Positions 44,778-54,281 of a DNA stretch of 64,000 nt are shown here, piece by piece. Within the stretch, counting starts at the first letter, position 1. Every line of letters begins with the position of its first letter. The position numbers and the translations under genes are program-made. The notes beneath the pieces were generated by a model, which was not told the DNA's origin, made no database searches, and saw only the letters and a list, made by a program, of their open reading frames with translations. Source of the stretch: Candidatus Magasanikiibacteriota bacterium (GTDB lineage: Bacteria; Patescibacteriota; Patescibacteriia; Magasanikbacterales; GWA2-37-8); the NCBI GenBank assembly GCA_041678665.1, contig JBAYNU010000004.1, positions 12,863 to 76,862 on the forward strand. The letters run 5' to 3'.

Positions 44778-46712
44778 ATGAAAGGAATTTTGGCGAGCAC
44801 CAAATCTTTCTTTGTTTGGGTAAACAAATTTTTGCGTCCGTATTTATCGGCTTATTGGCTGTCAATTTTGCTTATTCTTATTTTTGTTTTACAAAATCAT
44901 TTTTTTAATTTTTGGTTGGGTATTTTTCCCGGTCACCACATTATTCGCCGCACTGTGGTGACTATCGCTTTGGGGTTGTTTTTATTTGGCGCGCCGGCAT
45001 TGTTTAATTTTCGATTGAAATATTTGATTCTAAGCGCGATTTCTTTTTTTGTTTCTTTGATTTTTATCGTTCAGTTTCTTTATTATTCTTATTCCGGCGG
45101 TTTTTTACAGGCTTCGGCGTTACTTTACTTGGGACAAGGGGCTACTCTATTTGGCACGGTAAAGATTTTGCTTGATTATCGGTTGTTGTTTTTTGCAGTT
45201 GGTCCGTTAGCCGTACTAGCGACCTTGATTTTTTCTTGTCGGGGATACATGGTAGAAAAAGTGGTTTTGAAAAAAGAAAAATTAATTGCCGGTGGGTTTA
45301 TTATTTTGTTTACTATTTTAGGTTATGGTTATTTATTTTTTCGAGAATACACGGAGGCGGGGAATGTCACCCATATTTATGCCTACAATAAGCTTTATGA
45401 TGTGAATGCTTTGGTAAGCAAGCTGGGGGTAATTAATTTTTCTTTTGGTGATGTTTTGGCTTTTGGGTTACGCGTCGATGAGGTAACCGCTTCGGACGCG
45501 GGTTTGGTAGAAGCTTGGATTAAACAGCGTCCGGCGACCGCAATAAATAAAAATAATTTTGGGATTGCTCAAAAAAGAAATTTGATTTTAATTCAAGTGG
45601 AATCTTTGGAAAACGCGGTGATTGGTAAGCAGGTTGCCGGCCAAGAGATTACTCCTTATCTGAATAAATTAGTTGAAGCTGGTTTGTATTTTTCTAATTT
45701 TTACGCCCCGATCGGTCCCGGCACTACCGCCGATACGGAATTTTCGGTATTAAATTCTCTTTATCCCTTACCTAATACGGTTGCTTTTATTGATTATGCT
45801 TATAATCATTATTTGGCTTTACCGAGTTTGCTCAAAAATAATGGTTACCACACCTATGCCTTGCATGGTGACGTGGCTAGTTTTTGGAATCGCGCCAATA
45901 TTTATCCTCAGTTGGGGTATGAACATTGGTTGAGCAGACAAGATTTTGTAACGCCACGTGAGATTGGAGTATATGGTTTGGGAGATCAAGATTTTTTTAA
46001 TCAATCCATTTCCAAGCTCCAGTCTTTTCCTCAGCCTTTTATGGCGACTTTGATTACTTTAACTTCTCATACTCCATTTAATTTACCGGCAGATTTGGTG
46101 AGTTTGAACAGCGCGGAAGTTAATAATTTGGATTGGTTGCAGAAGCAATATTTACAAAGTATTAACTATGTGGATAAGGCTATCGGTGAATTTATTGCGA
46201 ATTTAAAAACAGCCGGTTTGTATGATAATTCTTTAATATTTATTTACGGCGACCACACCAGTTTTACCAATATTAGCAAAGCTTTGGAGGTCAACGACGC
46301 TGTCTTTGGTGATTTACAATATACGAAAGTGCCACTGATAATTTTGGCGCCGGGCGTTGATTTAAAAGGCATTAATTCTAAGCCGGCTAGTCAAGTAGAT
46401 ATTTATCCGACAGCGGCCAATTTACTTGGCGCAGAGATCCCGGTTACTATTTTTGGTCGTGATCTTATGGCCGATACAGACGGATTGGTAATACATCGTA
46501 ATTTAGTGTCTGGTACTGTTAAAAGCGTTTTAACCGATAATTTAGCTTATCATTCCAGCGGTGATGGAATATTTGAAAAAGGCAATTGTTTGGATGTTTT
46601 CGATAAAAAAGTGTTAGCAGTAGAAAATTGTCGGGCGTTGTATGATCAAGCGGTACAGGCGGTGATGGTCTCGGATTTAATGATAAAAGGTGATATAATA
46701 ATTACTCATTAA
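44778..46712 (+). CDS. LTA-synthase (LtaS)-family sulfatase-fold membrane protein
   Basis: Five N-terminal TMs; IQVESLE, GPGTTADTEF, ITLTSHTPF, IYGDH. Confidence 0.88.
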   Translation: MKGILASTKSFFVWVNKFLRPYLSAYWLSILLILIFVLQNHFFNFWLGIFPGHHIIRRTVVTIALGLFLFGAPALFNFRLKYLILSAISFFVSLIFIVQFLYYSYSGGFLQASALLYLGQGATLFGTVKILLDYRLLFFAVGPLAVLATLIFSCRGYMVEKVVLKKEKLIAGGFIILFTILGYGYLFFREYTEAGNVTHIYAYNKLYDVNALVSKLGVINFSFGDVLAFGLRVDEVTASDAGLVEAWIKQRPATAINKNNFGIAQKRNLILIQVESLENAVIGKQVAGQEITPYLNKLVEAGLYFSNFYAPIGPGTTADTEFSVLNSLYPLPNTVAFIDYAYNHYLALPSLLKNNGYHTYALHGDVASFWNRANIYPQLGYEHWLSRQDFVTPREIGVYGLGDQDFFNQSISKLQSFPQPFMATLITLTSHTPFNLPADLVSLNSAEVNNLDWLQKQYLQSINYVDKAIGEFIANLKTAGLYDNSLIFIYGDHTSFTNISKALEVNDAVFGDLQYTKVPLIILAPGVDLKGINSKPASQVDIYPTAANLLGAEIPVTIFGRDLMADTDGLVIHRNLVSGTVKSVLTDNLAYHSSGDGIFEKGNCLDVFDKKVLAVENCRALYDQAVQAVMVSDLMIKGDIIITH

Positions 46713-46738
46713 TTTTTTAGTAGTTTATTAAGTATTTT

Positions 46739-47659
46739 ATGTCAGCACAAGCGGAGTTATTTGCAGTGTTTGCAATAGTAGTAGTGGGTTTTTTGGTAGT
46801 GGATTTAGGTTATTTTAATCGGAAAAGTCACAAAGTTAGTTTTAAAGCGGCTTTGTGGCAATCGTTATTTTGGATTGCCGTTTCCGTGGTTTTTTCTTTT
46901 CTCATTTTTTTGTTCATGAGTAAAGAATTGGCGGCGGAGTTTCTGAGCGCGTATGTTACCGAAAAGATGTTGTCAGTGGATAATTTGTTTGTTATCATGC
47001 TGATTTTTAGTTATTTTAAATTGGAAGAAAAATATCATCACCGCGCGTTATTTTGGGGTATTATGGGGGCGATTGTTTTTCGCGGGGTTTTTATTTCCGC
47101 CGGCGCTTATATTATTCACCAATTTTATTGGGTGCTTTACATTTTTGGCGTTATTCTTATTTATACCGCCATCAAACTTTTGCGCGATAAAAAAGAAGAG
47201 CATATCAATTTTCAGCATAATAAAGTTGTTCGCTTGGCGCATAAATTTTTGCCGTTTACCGCCAGTCACCACAATGGTAAATTCTTTTTTAAGGAAAATG
47301 GCAAATTTTATTTTACCTCGCTATTTTTGGTGGTATTGCTCGTGGAAGCCAGTGATATTATTTTTGCGGTTGATTCCATTCCAGCCGTGTTTGCCATCTC
47401 GCAAAATCTATTTATCGTTTTTACTTCCAATATTTTTGCCATCATGGGTCTGAGAGCGTTGTTTTTTCTGATTGAGAATGTTTTGCATCGTTTTCATCAT
47501 CTGCAAAAAGGTTTGTCGTTTATTTTATTTTTTATCGGCGCCAAAATGCTCTCCGGTATTATCGGTTTACATATTTCATCTTTAGTTTCTTTTAGTATTA
47601 TTATGCTGGCTTTGAGCGCGTCGATTATTTTGTCAATTATTTTTCCTAAGAAAATTTAA
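46739..47659 (+). CDS. TerC/Alx family metal-homeostasis membrane protein
   Basis: EKMLSVDNLFV, GAIVFRG, DIIFAVDSIPA, SNIFAIMGLRALFF. Confidence 0.93.
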   Translation: MSAQAELFAVFAIVVVGFLVVDLGYFNRKSHKVSFKAALWQSLFWIAVSVVFSFLIFLFMSKELAAEFLSAYVTEKMLSVDNLFVIMLIFSYFKLEEKYHHRALFWGIMGAIVFRGVFISAGAYIIHQFYWVLYIFGVILIYTAIKLLRDKKEEHINFQHNKVVRLAHKFLPFTASHHNGKFFFKENGKFYFTSLFLVVLLVEASDIIFAVDSIPAVFAISQNLFIVFTSNIFAIMGLRALFFLIENVLHRFHHLQKGLSFILFFIGAKMLSGIIGLHISSLVSFSIIMLALSASIILSIIFPKKI

Positions 47660-47669
47660 TCTTTATTTT

Positions 47670-48104
47670 ATGCTTTTTAAAAAAGTTTATCATCTCGGTG
47701 ATAAGTTGGAAGATAAAGTGCGTGGCCGACTTAGTCACTATCCTATTATCTACGCGTTTGTCGGGGGAGCGGGAGTAATTATTTTTTGGCGCGGTATTTG
47801 GCATTCGGTCGATCTTTTGACACGGTTTTTTTGGCTAGGCGAGCTTAATATTGCCGATTTACCATGGTGGGATGGACCAGTATCAGTAGCGATTGGCGTG
47901 TTTTTGCTTTTGATTACCGGATTATTCGTTTCGAGCTTTATCGGCAATGAAATAATAATTTCTGGTCTTAAAGGTGAAAAACGAGTGGCGGAAAAAACTG
48001 CTCAAGAAATAAAAGAGGATATTGCCATGGATGTGAGAACCGAGCAGGAATTAGAGAAGATATTTGAACGTTTGGAAAAAATTGAGCAAGATATTAAGAA
48101 ATAG
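47670..48104 (+). CDS. Conserved hypothetical membrane protein
   Basis: Two TMs (FWRGIWH; LLITGLFVSSFIGNE), coiled C-terminus; operonic. Confidence 0.75.
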   Translation: MLFKKVYHLGDKLEDKVRGRLSHYPIIYAFVGGAGVIIFWRGIWHSVDLLTRFFWLGELNIADLPWWDGPVSVAIGVFLLLITGLFVSSFIGNEIIISGLKGEKRVAEKTAQEIKEDIAMDVRTEQELEKIFERLEKIEQDIKK

Positions 48105-48127
48105 GCGAAGATAATGAAAATACTTTA

Positions 48128-48913
48128 CTATTTAGTAGAGTATTTTTTAGTAGATAATTTTTGGATAATCATTTTTTCGTGATTGTGCGCCAGCTTGGCA
48201 ACTACTCCCAAATTTGGCGCGGCAATCTGGGAATGTCCAATGAGAGTATCTTTGGCGCCATCGGAATATTGGATAACATCGCTCGCGTTGGCATAAACCA
48301 AGATTATGTTATTCTCTTTGGCGCGCGCCAAGCAGAGTTTATCTACGCGATTTTCTTCGGCATCGGGATTGCGCTTAAGTCTGGCGCCGGCGATTTCTTT
48401 GTACCAATAGCTTGGGCAATACACGATTTGCACGTCCAGCGCTTTCATACGTTGAAAAATTTCCGGAAACATAATATCCCAGCAAATAATCAGCCCGGCT
48501 TTGCCGTATTTTGTATCAAATACAGATATTTTCGTTTCGGGAGTTAAGAATTTTTTTTCCGAAAGGTATAGGTGGTTTTTGTGGTATGTTCCCAAAACTT
48601 TTCCAGTTGAGTCTACGTAATTGGTAGTGCTAAATGCGCCACGGGGAGTGTCTTCCATCCACGAACCGCAGACAATATCAATACTGTATTTTTTGGCCAG
48701 TTTTTGAAATTGGTTTAAGAAGTGATGATTACGGTCCAAGTAGCGCCGGTCGCCAAAAATAGAACCGGTCATAAAATCTTCCGGGAAGACAATGACATTA
48801 GCATTGTTTTGTGATGATTGTTTAATAAAAGATTCCGCGCGTTTTAGATTTATTTCCGGTTTGAGATGGGCGACAGAAAACTGGACGACGGCGATTTTTA
48901 AAGTATTTTTCAT
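48128..48913 (-). CDS. Carbon-nitrogen hydrolase (nitrilase superfamily)
   Basis: IVFPE, YHKNHL, ICWDIMFPE triad motifs; start uncertain (48913-48955). Confidence 0.88.
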   Translation of the reverse strand: MKNTLKIAVVQFSVAHLKPEINLKRAESFIKQSSQNNANVIVFPEDFMTGSIFGDRRYLDRNHHFLNQFQKLAKKYSIDIVCGSWMEDTPRGAFSTTNYVDSTGKVLGTYHKNHLYLSEKKFLTPETKISVFDTKYGKAGLIICWDIMFPEIFQRMKALDVQIVYCPSYWYKEIAGARLKRNPDAEENRVDKLCLARAKENNIILVYANASDVIQYSDGAKDTLIGHSQIAAPNLGVVAKLAHNHEKMIIQKLSTKKYSTK

Positions 48914-49063
48914 GTTACCTTGGTTATTTATCGGGTTCATACTATCACAAACCAAACTATATGGGAAGTTCAGTGATTGGTAATATAAAATTTATCTGCT
49001 TAATAAAGAAACGCCACAAACCAAAAGGTTGATGGCGCACATTGTCGTGTCCACCCCGTTCGT

Positions 49064-49423
49064 TTAGCGGGGAATGGACAATGTTGGTTTAAATATTTTA
49101 CAGGCGCATCCCAATCGCGCCTGCTGCCGACAAAGCTTGTTATATTGTCGCGCTGCCTTCTCGGCCATCATTTTCTTATCCTCCTTTATGGCGAGTCGTT
49201 TAGCGCAATGACTCGCGTTGTAGTCATTGTTTTCATATGTTTCGCAGGTGCGTTGATACCGTGTTTCGGCTTGCCGAGCGGCAATCAATAGGCTATTTAC
49301 GTTTTCCTGCGATTTCACCATGCGCATACACTGGCAACCACGTTCATTGTATTTACCATGATTGCACGTTATCAAAAGCACAGCGAGGCAGATCAAAATC
49401 ATGATCAAACCTATTTTTTTCAT
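49064..49423 (-). CDS. Small secreted Cys-rich orphan protein (possible lipoprotein)
   Basis: AAGGAG RBS, signal peptide ending LITC, several Cys, own promoter at 49473-49500. Confidence 0.6.
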   Translation of the reverse strand: MKKIGLIMILICLAVLLITCNHGKYNERGCQCMRMVKSQENVNSLLIAARQAETRYQRTCETYENNDYNASHCAKRLAIKEDKKMMAEKAARQYNKLCRQQARLGCACKIFKPTLSIPR

Positions 49424-49557
49424 GATAATCTCTCCTTTTTTTGAAGCGAAATGTTTGTTCTTCTTAATTTTAATTATACACGGAAAATGTTATTTGTCAA
49501 GTAGTTTGGCTTGAATAAAAATAATGAATAAGGTAATATAAATGTTGTAAAACTACT

Positions 49558-50652
49558 ATGAAAGAGGAACAAAGAAAGGTATTAATTTTATATACCGGCG
49601 GCACAATCGGTATGCGTTCCAAACCAGGCGGTGGCGGTTTGGCTCCCGAAAGCATGGAAGATTTGCAGAAAAACATCCCTCAAATTGAAGGGTTGCCTTA
49701 TGATATTGAATGGCAGGAATGTAAATACGAGGGGAAATTTATAGATTCTTCTTTTGCCGGTCCAAAAATGTGGAATGTATTGGGGGAAAAGATAATGAAG
49801 AATTATGACAAATGTGACGGCATGGTGGTGGTGTTTGGCACTGATACCATGGGTCCATCGGCCACTGCGCTTTCATACCATCTGGAAGGGCTTAAAAAGC
49901 CGGTTATTTTCACCGGGTCAATGAAGCCGGCAGTTGATGAGGATTCTGATGGGCCGAAAAACATGGTGGACGCAATCAGGTTGGCTGGGGAATCAGGACG
50001 CTCAATTCCGTCAATTGAAGGCGTGAGTATTTGTTTTTTTGGTAAACTTACTAATCCAGCGGATACTTTCAAAATAAGTGCTCAGGCACTTGATGCTATG
50101 GGCCTTTTTAAAGATAAAAACCCTTTAGCAACCATAAATGACGATGAGATTATAGTTGGTAATATACAAGAAAAAAATAATTTGCAATCAGAGGCGAGAT
50201 ATTTACCCAAGACAGATAAAAGAGTCGCCGAATTGAATGTGGGTTTCAGGAAAATGTTTAGGGACGAAGAGAGCCTGGTCGTAAGAGCAGAAGGCGTGGA
50301 TGGAATACTATTGTATAATTTACAGGAAGACACCATGTACCCCGAAAAATTACAAGCATTTTATGATGGCATAGAGAAACAGTATTCTAATAAGGTAATT
50401 TTTTTTATGGGAGATAATCTTCCCAATAAAAGATGGGTGAAATTAAAGTGCTCCACTAATAATCATGAACATATAAATGCTGTCTTAAAAGCCGAGTATA
50501 TATTACAGCGAACCAGCAATCTTGAAGAAATTAAGAAATTGGCGGAGTCCAATTTAAGGGGTGAATCGGAAGGGCCAATAGTAAACGAAACCGAGATTCT
50601 AAAATGGATGGAAGCGAATAGAGAAGTGCAAGGAGCAAAGGATAGAAGATAA
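49558..50652 (+). CDS. Asparaginase-family protein (divergent C-terminal half)
   Basis: YTGGTIGM, DSS, FGTDTM, KPVIFTGSM, SDGPKN. Confidence 0.8.
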   Translation: MKEEQRKVLILYTGGTIGMRSKPGGGGLAPESMEDLQKNIPQIEGLPYDIEWQECKYEGKFIDSSFAGPKMWNVLGEKIMKNYDKCDGMVVVFGTDTMGPSATALSYHLEGLKKPVIFTGSMKPAVDEDSDGPKNMVDAIRLAGESGRSIPSIEGVSICFFGKLTNPADTFKISAQALDAMGLFKDKNPLATINDDEIIVGNIQEKNNLQSEARYLPKTDKRVAELNVGFRKMFRDEESLVVRAEGVDGILLYNLQEDTMYPEKLQAFYDGIEKQYSNKVIFFMGDNLPNKRWVKLKCSTNNHEHINAVLKAEYILQRTSNLEEIKKLAESNLRGESEGPIVNETEILKWMEANREVQGAKDRR

Positions 50653-50727
50653 AAATACTGGCACTAAGCCGGTATTTTTCTTGTAGCCCCAACGCAACGG
50701 TTGGCAAACTCTTTTAATGAAGTATTA

Positions 50728-51159
50728 TTATTTATTCGGATTTTTAACTTTGTATTTTTCAATAAACTTATAAATATACTTGACGACCTCATCTCTGCCG
50801 TCAGCCGGACTTCGTGCTACCCAAAGTGCGGTATTATACAAAACGGTGGTATCGGCTTTGAGCCAATATCCGTTAATTAACAAAAAGATTAGCAAGGCGG
50901 TAACCGCAATTCTTTTGTTACCATTTTGGAAAGGGTGGTTTTTAATTAAAAGATAAAACAAAAAAGCCGCTTTGCCATTGAGGCCTTTATATAAAAGTCG
51001 GTTATTAAATTTTTGGAAAGGGGAGACAATACAACTTTCTAGGATATTAGGATATCTCGTTTCAAATTCAGGAATCGGTTCATCCCAATCCATAGTGTTT
51101 TTGGCGAGACGATGGGCGACAAATTTAATCTGTTCTACGGTGATTGGTTTAATATTCAT
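50728..51159 (-). CDS. Death-on-curing / Fic family toxin
   Basis: KAAFLFYLLIKNHPFQNGNKRIA Fic/Doc motif. Confidence 0.88.
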   Translation of the reverse strand: MNIKPITVEQIKFVAHRLAKNTMDWDEPIPEFETRYPNILESCIVSPFQKFNNRLLYKGLNGKAAFLFYLLIKNHPFQNGNKRIAVTALLIFLLINGYWLKADTTVLYNTALWVARSPADGRDEVVKYIYKFIEKYKVKNPNK

Positions 51160-51163
51160 ATGT

Positions 51164-51424
51164 TTATTCCTTACCTAGCATTTTTAATAAATCACCATAC
51201 TCCACGATAACTTTTTTGACGCCGTATTCGATTTCATTTTTGAGCTTATCTGATAAATCAGAATAAACAATGCCCTTTAATTCTTTGCGGGGGATATAGT
51301 ATGTTTTGCCTACCTTTTTAGCTTTGATAGCGCCATTTTGGATTTTTTTAAAAACGGCAATTCTACTAACACCAAGAATATCGGCGAGTTGTTTAACGGT
51401 ATACGTTGTGTTATCTATTTTCAT
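51164..51424 (-). CDS. HTH (excisionase-like) DNA-binding protein, putative antitoxin
   Basis: YTVKQLADILGVSRIAVFKKIQNGAIKA; C-terminal VIVEYGDLLKMLGKE; immediately upstream of Doc. Confidence 0.75.
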   Translation of the reverse strand: MKIDNTTYTVKQLADILGVSRIAVFKKIQNGAIKAKKVGKTYYIPRKELKGIVYSDLSDKLKNEIEYGVKKVIVEYGDLLKMLGKE

Positions 51425-51459
51425 ATTATTAAAGTTTGTTATGTTTATTCTACGCAGTA

Positions 51460-51499
51460 ATTGTACCATATGTTAACTATCATGTCAATGGTTAACATA
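51460..51499 (-). promoter_or_regulatory. Promoter with overlapping inverted-repeat operator for HTH-Doc operon
   Basis: TTGACA-17-TACAAT on minus; TATGTTAACTAT-N7-ATGGTTAACATA straddles -35. Confidence 0.65.
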
Positions 51500-51697
51500 G
51501 ATTTGTATAACAAAAACCCCGCTATTTAAGCGGAGTTTTTTGGTCGTGGTAGAACACCTCGGTCTGGTACCCACCTGAGTGAGGCCGTTGATGGCTTTTT
51601 CGGAGGTCAAAGCCCGTGTTTCACAATCCCTCTCGGTCGGGGGTCGTTTGAGGCGTTTTTGATAATTATCTTGGGCTTATTATAACAAAAATTTACC

Positions 51698-52600
51698 CTA
51701 TATAGCTATTTGTTTCTGGAATTCAGATTCAAGTTTTTTTAAATGATTGGGATCACTGAAGTATTCTTTAATTTTGACCACTTCTTTAGCCCCCATGGTG
51801 TTTGAGTGCCCTAAATAATCTACAAGATCTATTTCTGGATAAGAGAAGCGTGCATTAATGCCGCGCCCTTTGTGTACAACATGAAAGTGTTTCGAAATTT
51901 GTTTGCCTTTAAATACAGAATGATCGCCGCTATTTACTCTGAAATCAAATCCATTTATATCGCCAGCACGGCCACCCAGAATTGGGCCTTGCCATTCTAT
52001 TGCATCCTTGTATTTTTCTCTCAATTCTCTTTCCTCTCGTTCTTCTTCTGACTCGACAAATGGCGCAAATTTTTCCTCTGAATTATTAAGAATATTGAAA
52101 ATATCATCAGAAATTTTTTTGTCCCAAACCTGCTGCCTGCTTATTCTTTCTAATTCACTCCAATATGTATTCCAATCGCTTTTAAGTTTTGTAGTTCGTG
52201 CAACAGAGTTTGATAAATATTTTTTTATTTCTATCTGCTCTTTATCATAAATTGGATTTGTTCCCTTGATTATAAAAGGAAAGAGTGTAAATTGTTCATT
52301 TTCATTTCCGTTTATTTCAATTATAAGTCCTTGAGGATGTTCGGGATCTTTGGAATAAAGTTCAATACGCGATTTGATTCTAACCCTTTGTTTTATTTTT
52401 GATAAAAAACTTGGAATTATTTCTGCCGAAGGACCACTCATCGGTAAATAATTTCCATTAATACTCATCCAACCAATACCGAAGCCATGTCCTGCTGAGC
52501 TCAGCCATGATTTTGGTATTTCTGCGATAAGGTCAAATTTTAGACCAACTATTGCAAATGGTTTTGGCGTAATGAGTACTGCTTCTTTTTTGTTCTCCAT
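51698..52600 (-). CDS. Hypothetical protein with DUF4160-like C-terminal motif
   Basis: FRVNSGDH...HFHV...ARF motif; islet cargo. Confidence 0.55.
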   Translation of the reverse strand: MENKKEAVLITPKPFAIVGLKFDLIAEIPKSWLSSAGHGFGIGWMSINGNYLPMSGPSAEIIPSFLSKIKQRVRIKSRIELYSKDPEHPQGLIIEINGNENEQFTLFPFIIKGTNPIYDKEQIEIKKYLSNSVARTTKLKSDWNTYWSELERISRQQVWDKKISDDIFNILNNSEEKFAPFVESEEEREERELREKYKDAIEWQGPILGGRAGDINGFDFRVNSGDHSVFKGKQISKHFHVVHKGRGINARFSYPEIDLVDYLGHSNTMGAKEVVKIKEYFSDPNHLKKLESEFQKQIAI

Positions 52601-52711
52601 AAATATGTAATTCTACATGCCAATGAACCAAGATATTCTATATTGCATAAACATAGTTCATCTAACAAGAGTTATATTTTTTTATAGTACAATGTAATAA
52701 TATGTGTAGCA

Positions 52712-53677
52712 TTAAAATAGATGCTCGCTTCTTGATTCCATATTAAAGTCTGGATAAATTTTGAGTAGATTAGAAAACCCTGAAATATAAATTCGGCTAA
52801 TCCCGCCGAACTTATTCAGGCCGGTGTTGTTTATGACTGCCTTGCCTGTTGCACTATCTCCGCCTCCCACTATAATGATGCGTCGAGGGGGATTTTTAAT
52901 CAATTTTAATACCGAATCATTGAAGTGGTCTTCCTTGCCCTTCCAGCCAATAATGATTATGACATTGGCGTCATTTGTGACAAATTGCTGTAAGGCATGT
53001 ATATGCTCTATTGGGCAAGAGAACGATTTGCCCGTTATCGTTGGTACTACCAATGTCGACCCGTCGCCGGAATATTGGTAGCTTGAGTTAATTTTAATTT
53101 GGTTGCTTGCGTATCTCCCCCACATAATTGAGCCATGTGGGTAGATAAATTTTATAGGTCCATCAATAAAAGAACTGCTTTGAGAAAATTCAATACCCAA
53201 ACTTTCTGATAGCGCTTTTTGGGCTAAATAATCATAGTTAAAATTAACAATACAAAATTCTTTGGATATACACTTTAGTGCACGAAAGAATGTGTGGTAA
53301 TTGTTGCCTGAAATTTCTCGGTTTTCCCACGAAACCACTTTGAATAGTGAACCTAAATAATTAGTGAGGGCGACGATTTCGGTTGCAAATTTGCCTCCGT
53401 CGTTAGGATCATTTCGAACTTTATCAAGAGATTCCTCCAAACCAAGACCGTTTCCTTGCCATTTGCGGACAACACCAACCAAACCTTGAAGACGCGGTTG
53501 CGTGACCAGCAGTGACTTAAATGCTGGCCGGCTATCAAATAAATTATTTGATAGTGGTGGGCGTAAGGATGATTTTAGAAAGGATGGGTCTTCAGAATCA
53601 TCAATTAGGTCATATGATGCACCGGCACCGAATATAACTAGTGGTTTAATATTTACATTTGGAATGTCGCCAAGCAT
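52712..53677 (-). CDS. SIR2-like (SIR2_2) domain protein, possible defence NADase
   Basis: VIFGAGAS, PPL, NFNYD, PHGS, VVPT, IIGW..EDH; start set at MLGDIP. Confidence 0.75.
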   Translation of the reverse strand: MLGDIPNVNIKPLVIFGAGASYDLIDDSEDPSFLKSSLRPPLSNNLFDSRPAFKSLLVTQPRLQGLVGVVRKWQGNGLGLEESLDKVRNDPNDGGKFATEIVALTNYLGSLFKVVSWENREISGNNYHTFFRALKCISKEFCIVNFNYDYLAQKALSESLGIEFSQSSSFIDGPIKFIYPHGSIMWGRYASNQIKINSSYQYSGDGSTLVVPTITGKSFSCPIEHIHALQQFVTNDANVIIIIGWKGKEDHFNDSVLKLIKNPPRRIIIVGGGDSATGKAVINNTGLNKFGGISRIYISGFSNLLKIYPDFNMESRSEHLF

Positions 53678-53888
53678 AGAAATATAACTAATAATATAGT
53701 AATATTGATTACTTTTGAATATTACCACCACAATTATCGTTTGGCAAGAAAAGGTAGTTCAATTATTATATGAGATTTGTTGACTACTAAGCTTAAAAAG
53801 CATATAATTGAGAGTGTTAATTTGACTGTTTTATCAATTAAATAAAATTCGGATAATATTGATTTCACATTGTCAAATACTAAGACTA

Positions 53889-53921
53889 ACACAAAAGACG
53901 GCATTTAGCCGTCTTTTGTGT
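53889..53921 (-). terminator. Terminator downstream of tRNA-Glu
   Basis: ACACAAAAGACGGC / GCCGTCTTTTGTGT. Confidence 0.7.
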
Positions 53922-53963
53922 GTACACCCCTCTCGGTCACCCGAGAACCCGTGCACAGCAGTG

Positions 53964-54035
53964 TAGCCCCAACGGGAATCGAACCCGTGTTGCCTCATTG
54001 AAAGCGAGGCGTCCTAGCCACTAGACGATGGGGCC
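53964..54035 (-). tRNA. tRNA-Glu (TTC)
   Basis: GGCCCCA/TGGGGCT acceptor, CCTCG-CTTTCAA-TGAGG anticodon arm, GGTTCGAT. Confidence 0.93.
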
Positions 54036-54126
54036 AAATTAACTTTTGTTAGGATTTAGAATATACATTTCTGCCATTAAGATGATTGAGACGATCCCGA
54101 TTCTGCTTCGAGCATGGGGCCAGATT

Positions 54127-54165
54127 GAATTTTGAATTATGAATAACGAATTTTGAGTATTGAAC
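54127..54165. repeat. GAATTTT heptamer array upstream of tRNA-Glu
   Basis: GAATTTT GAATTAT GAATAAC GAATTTT GAGTATT GAAC. Confidence 0.65.
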
Positions 54166-54281
54166 GACGGATAGGATTATATCATTTTCTGGGGATAAGT
54201 CAAGGCGAGGTTGACCGGAACAAATTTTTGTGTTAGTTTGAAGCTATAAAAAAGAATGTTCTTTACAAAAGGGGGGAAGTC

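Larger units (their letters stand above)
50682..53974. mobile_element. tRNA-Glu-anchored genomic islet (no integrase inside)
   Basis: 13-bp direct repeat TGTAGCCCCAACG at 50682-50694 and 53962-53974 (tRNA 3' end); accessory cargo. Confidence 0.65.

Noticed and set aside
51164-51424. HTH gene as evidence for a prophage
   Set aside because: No integrase, structural or replication genes nearby; context fits a toxin-antitoxin pair.
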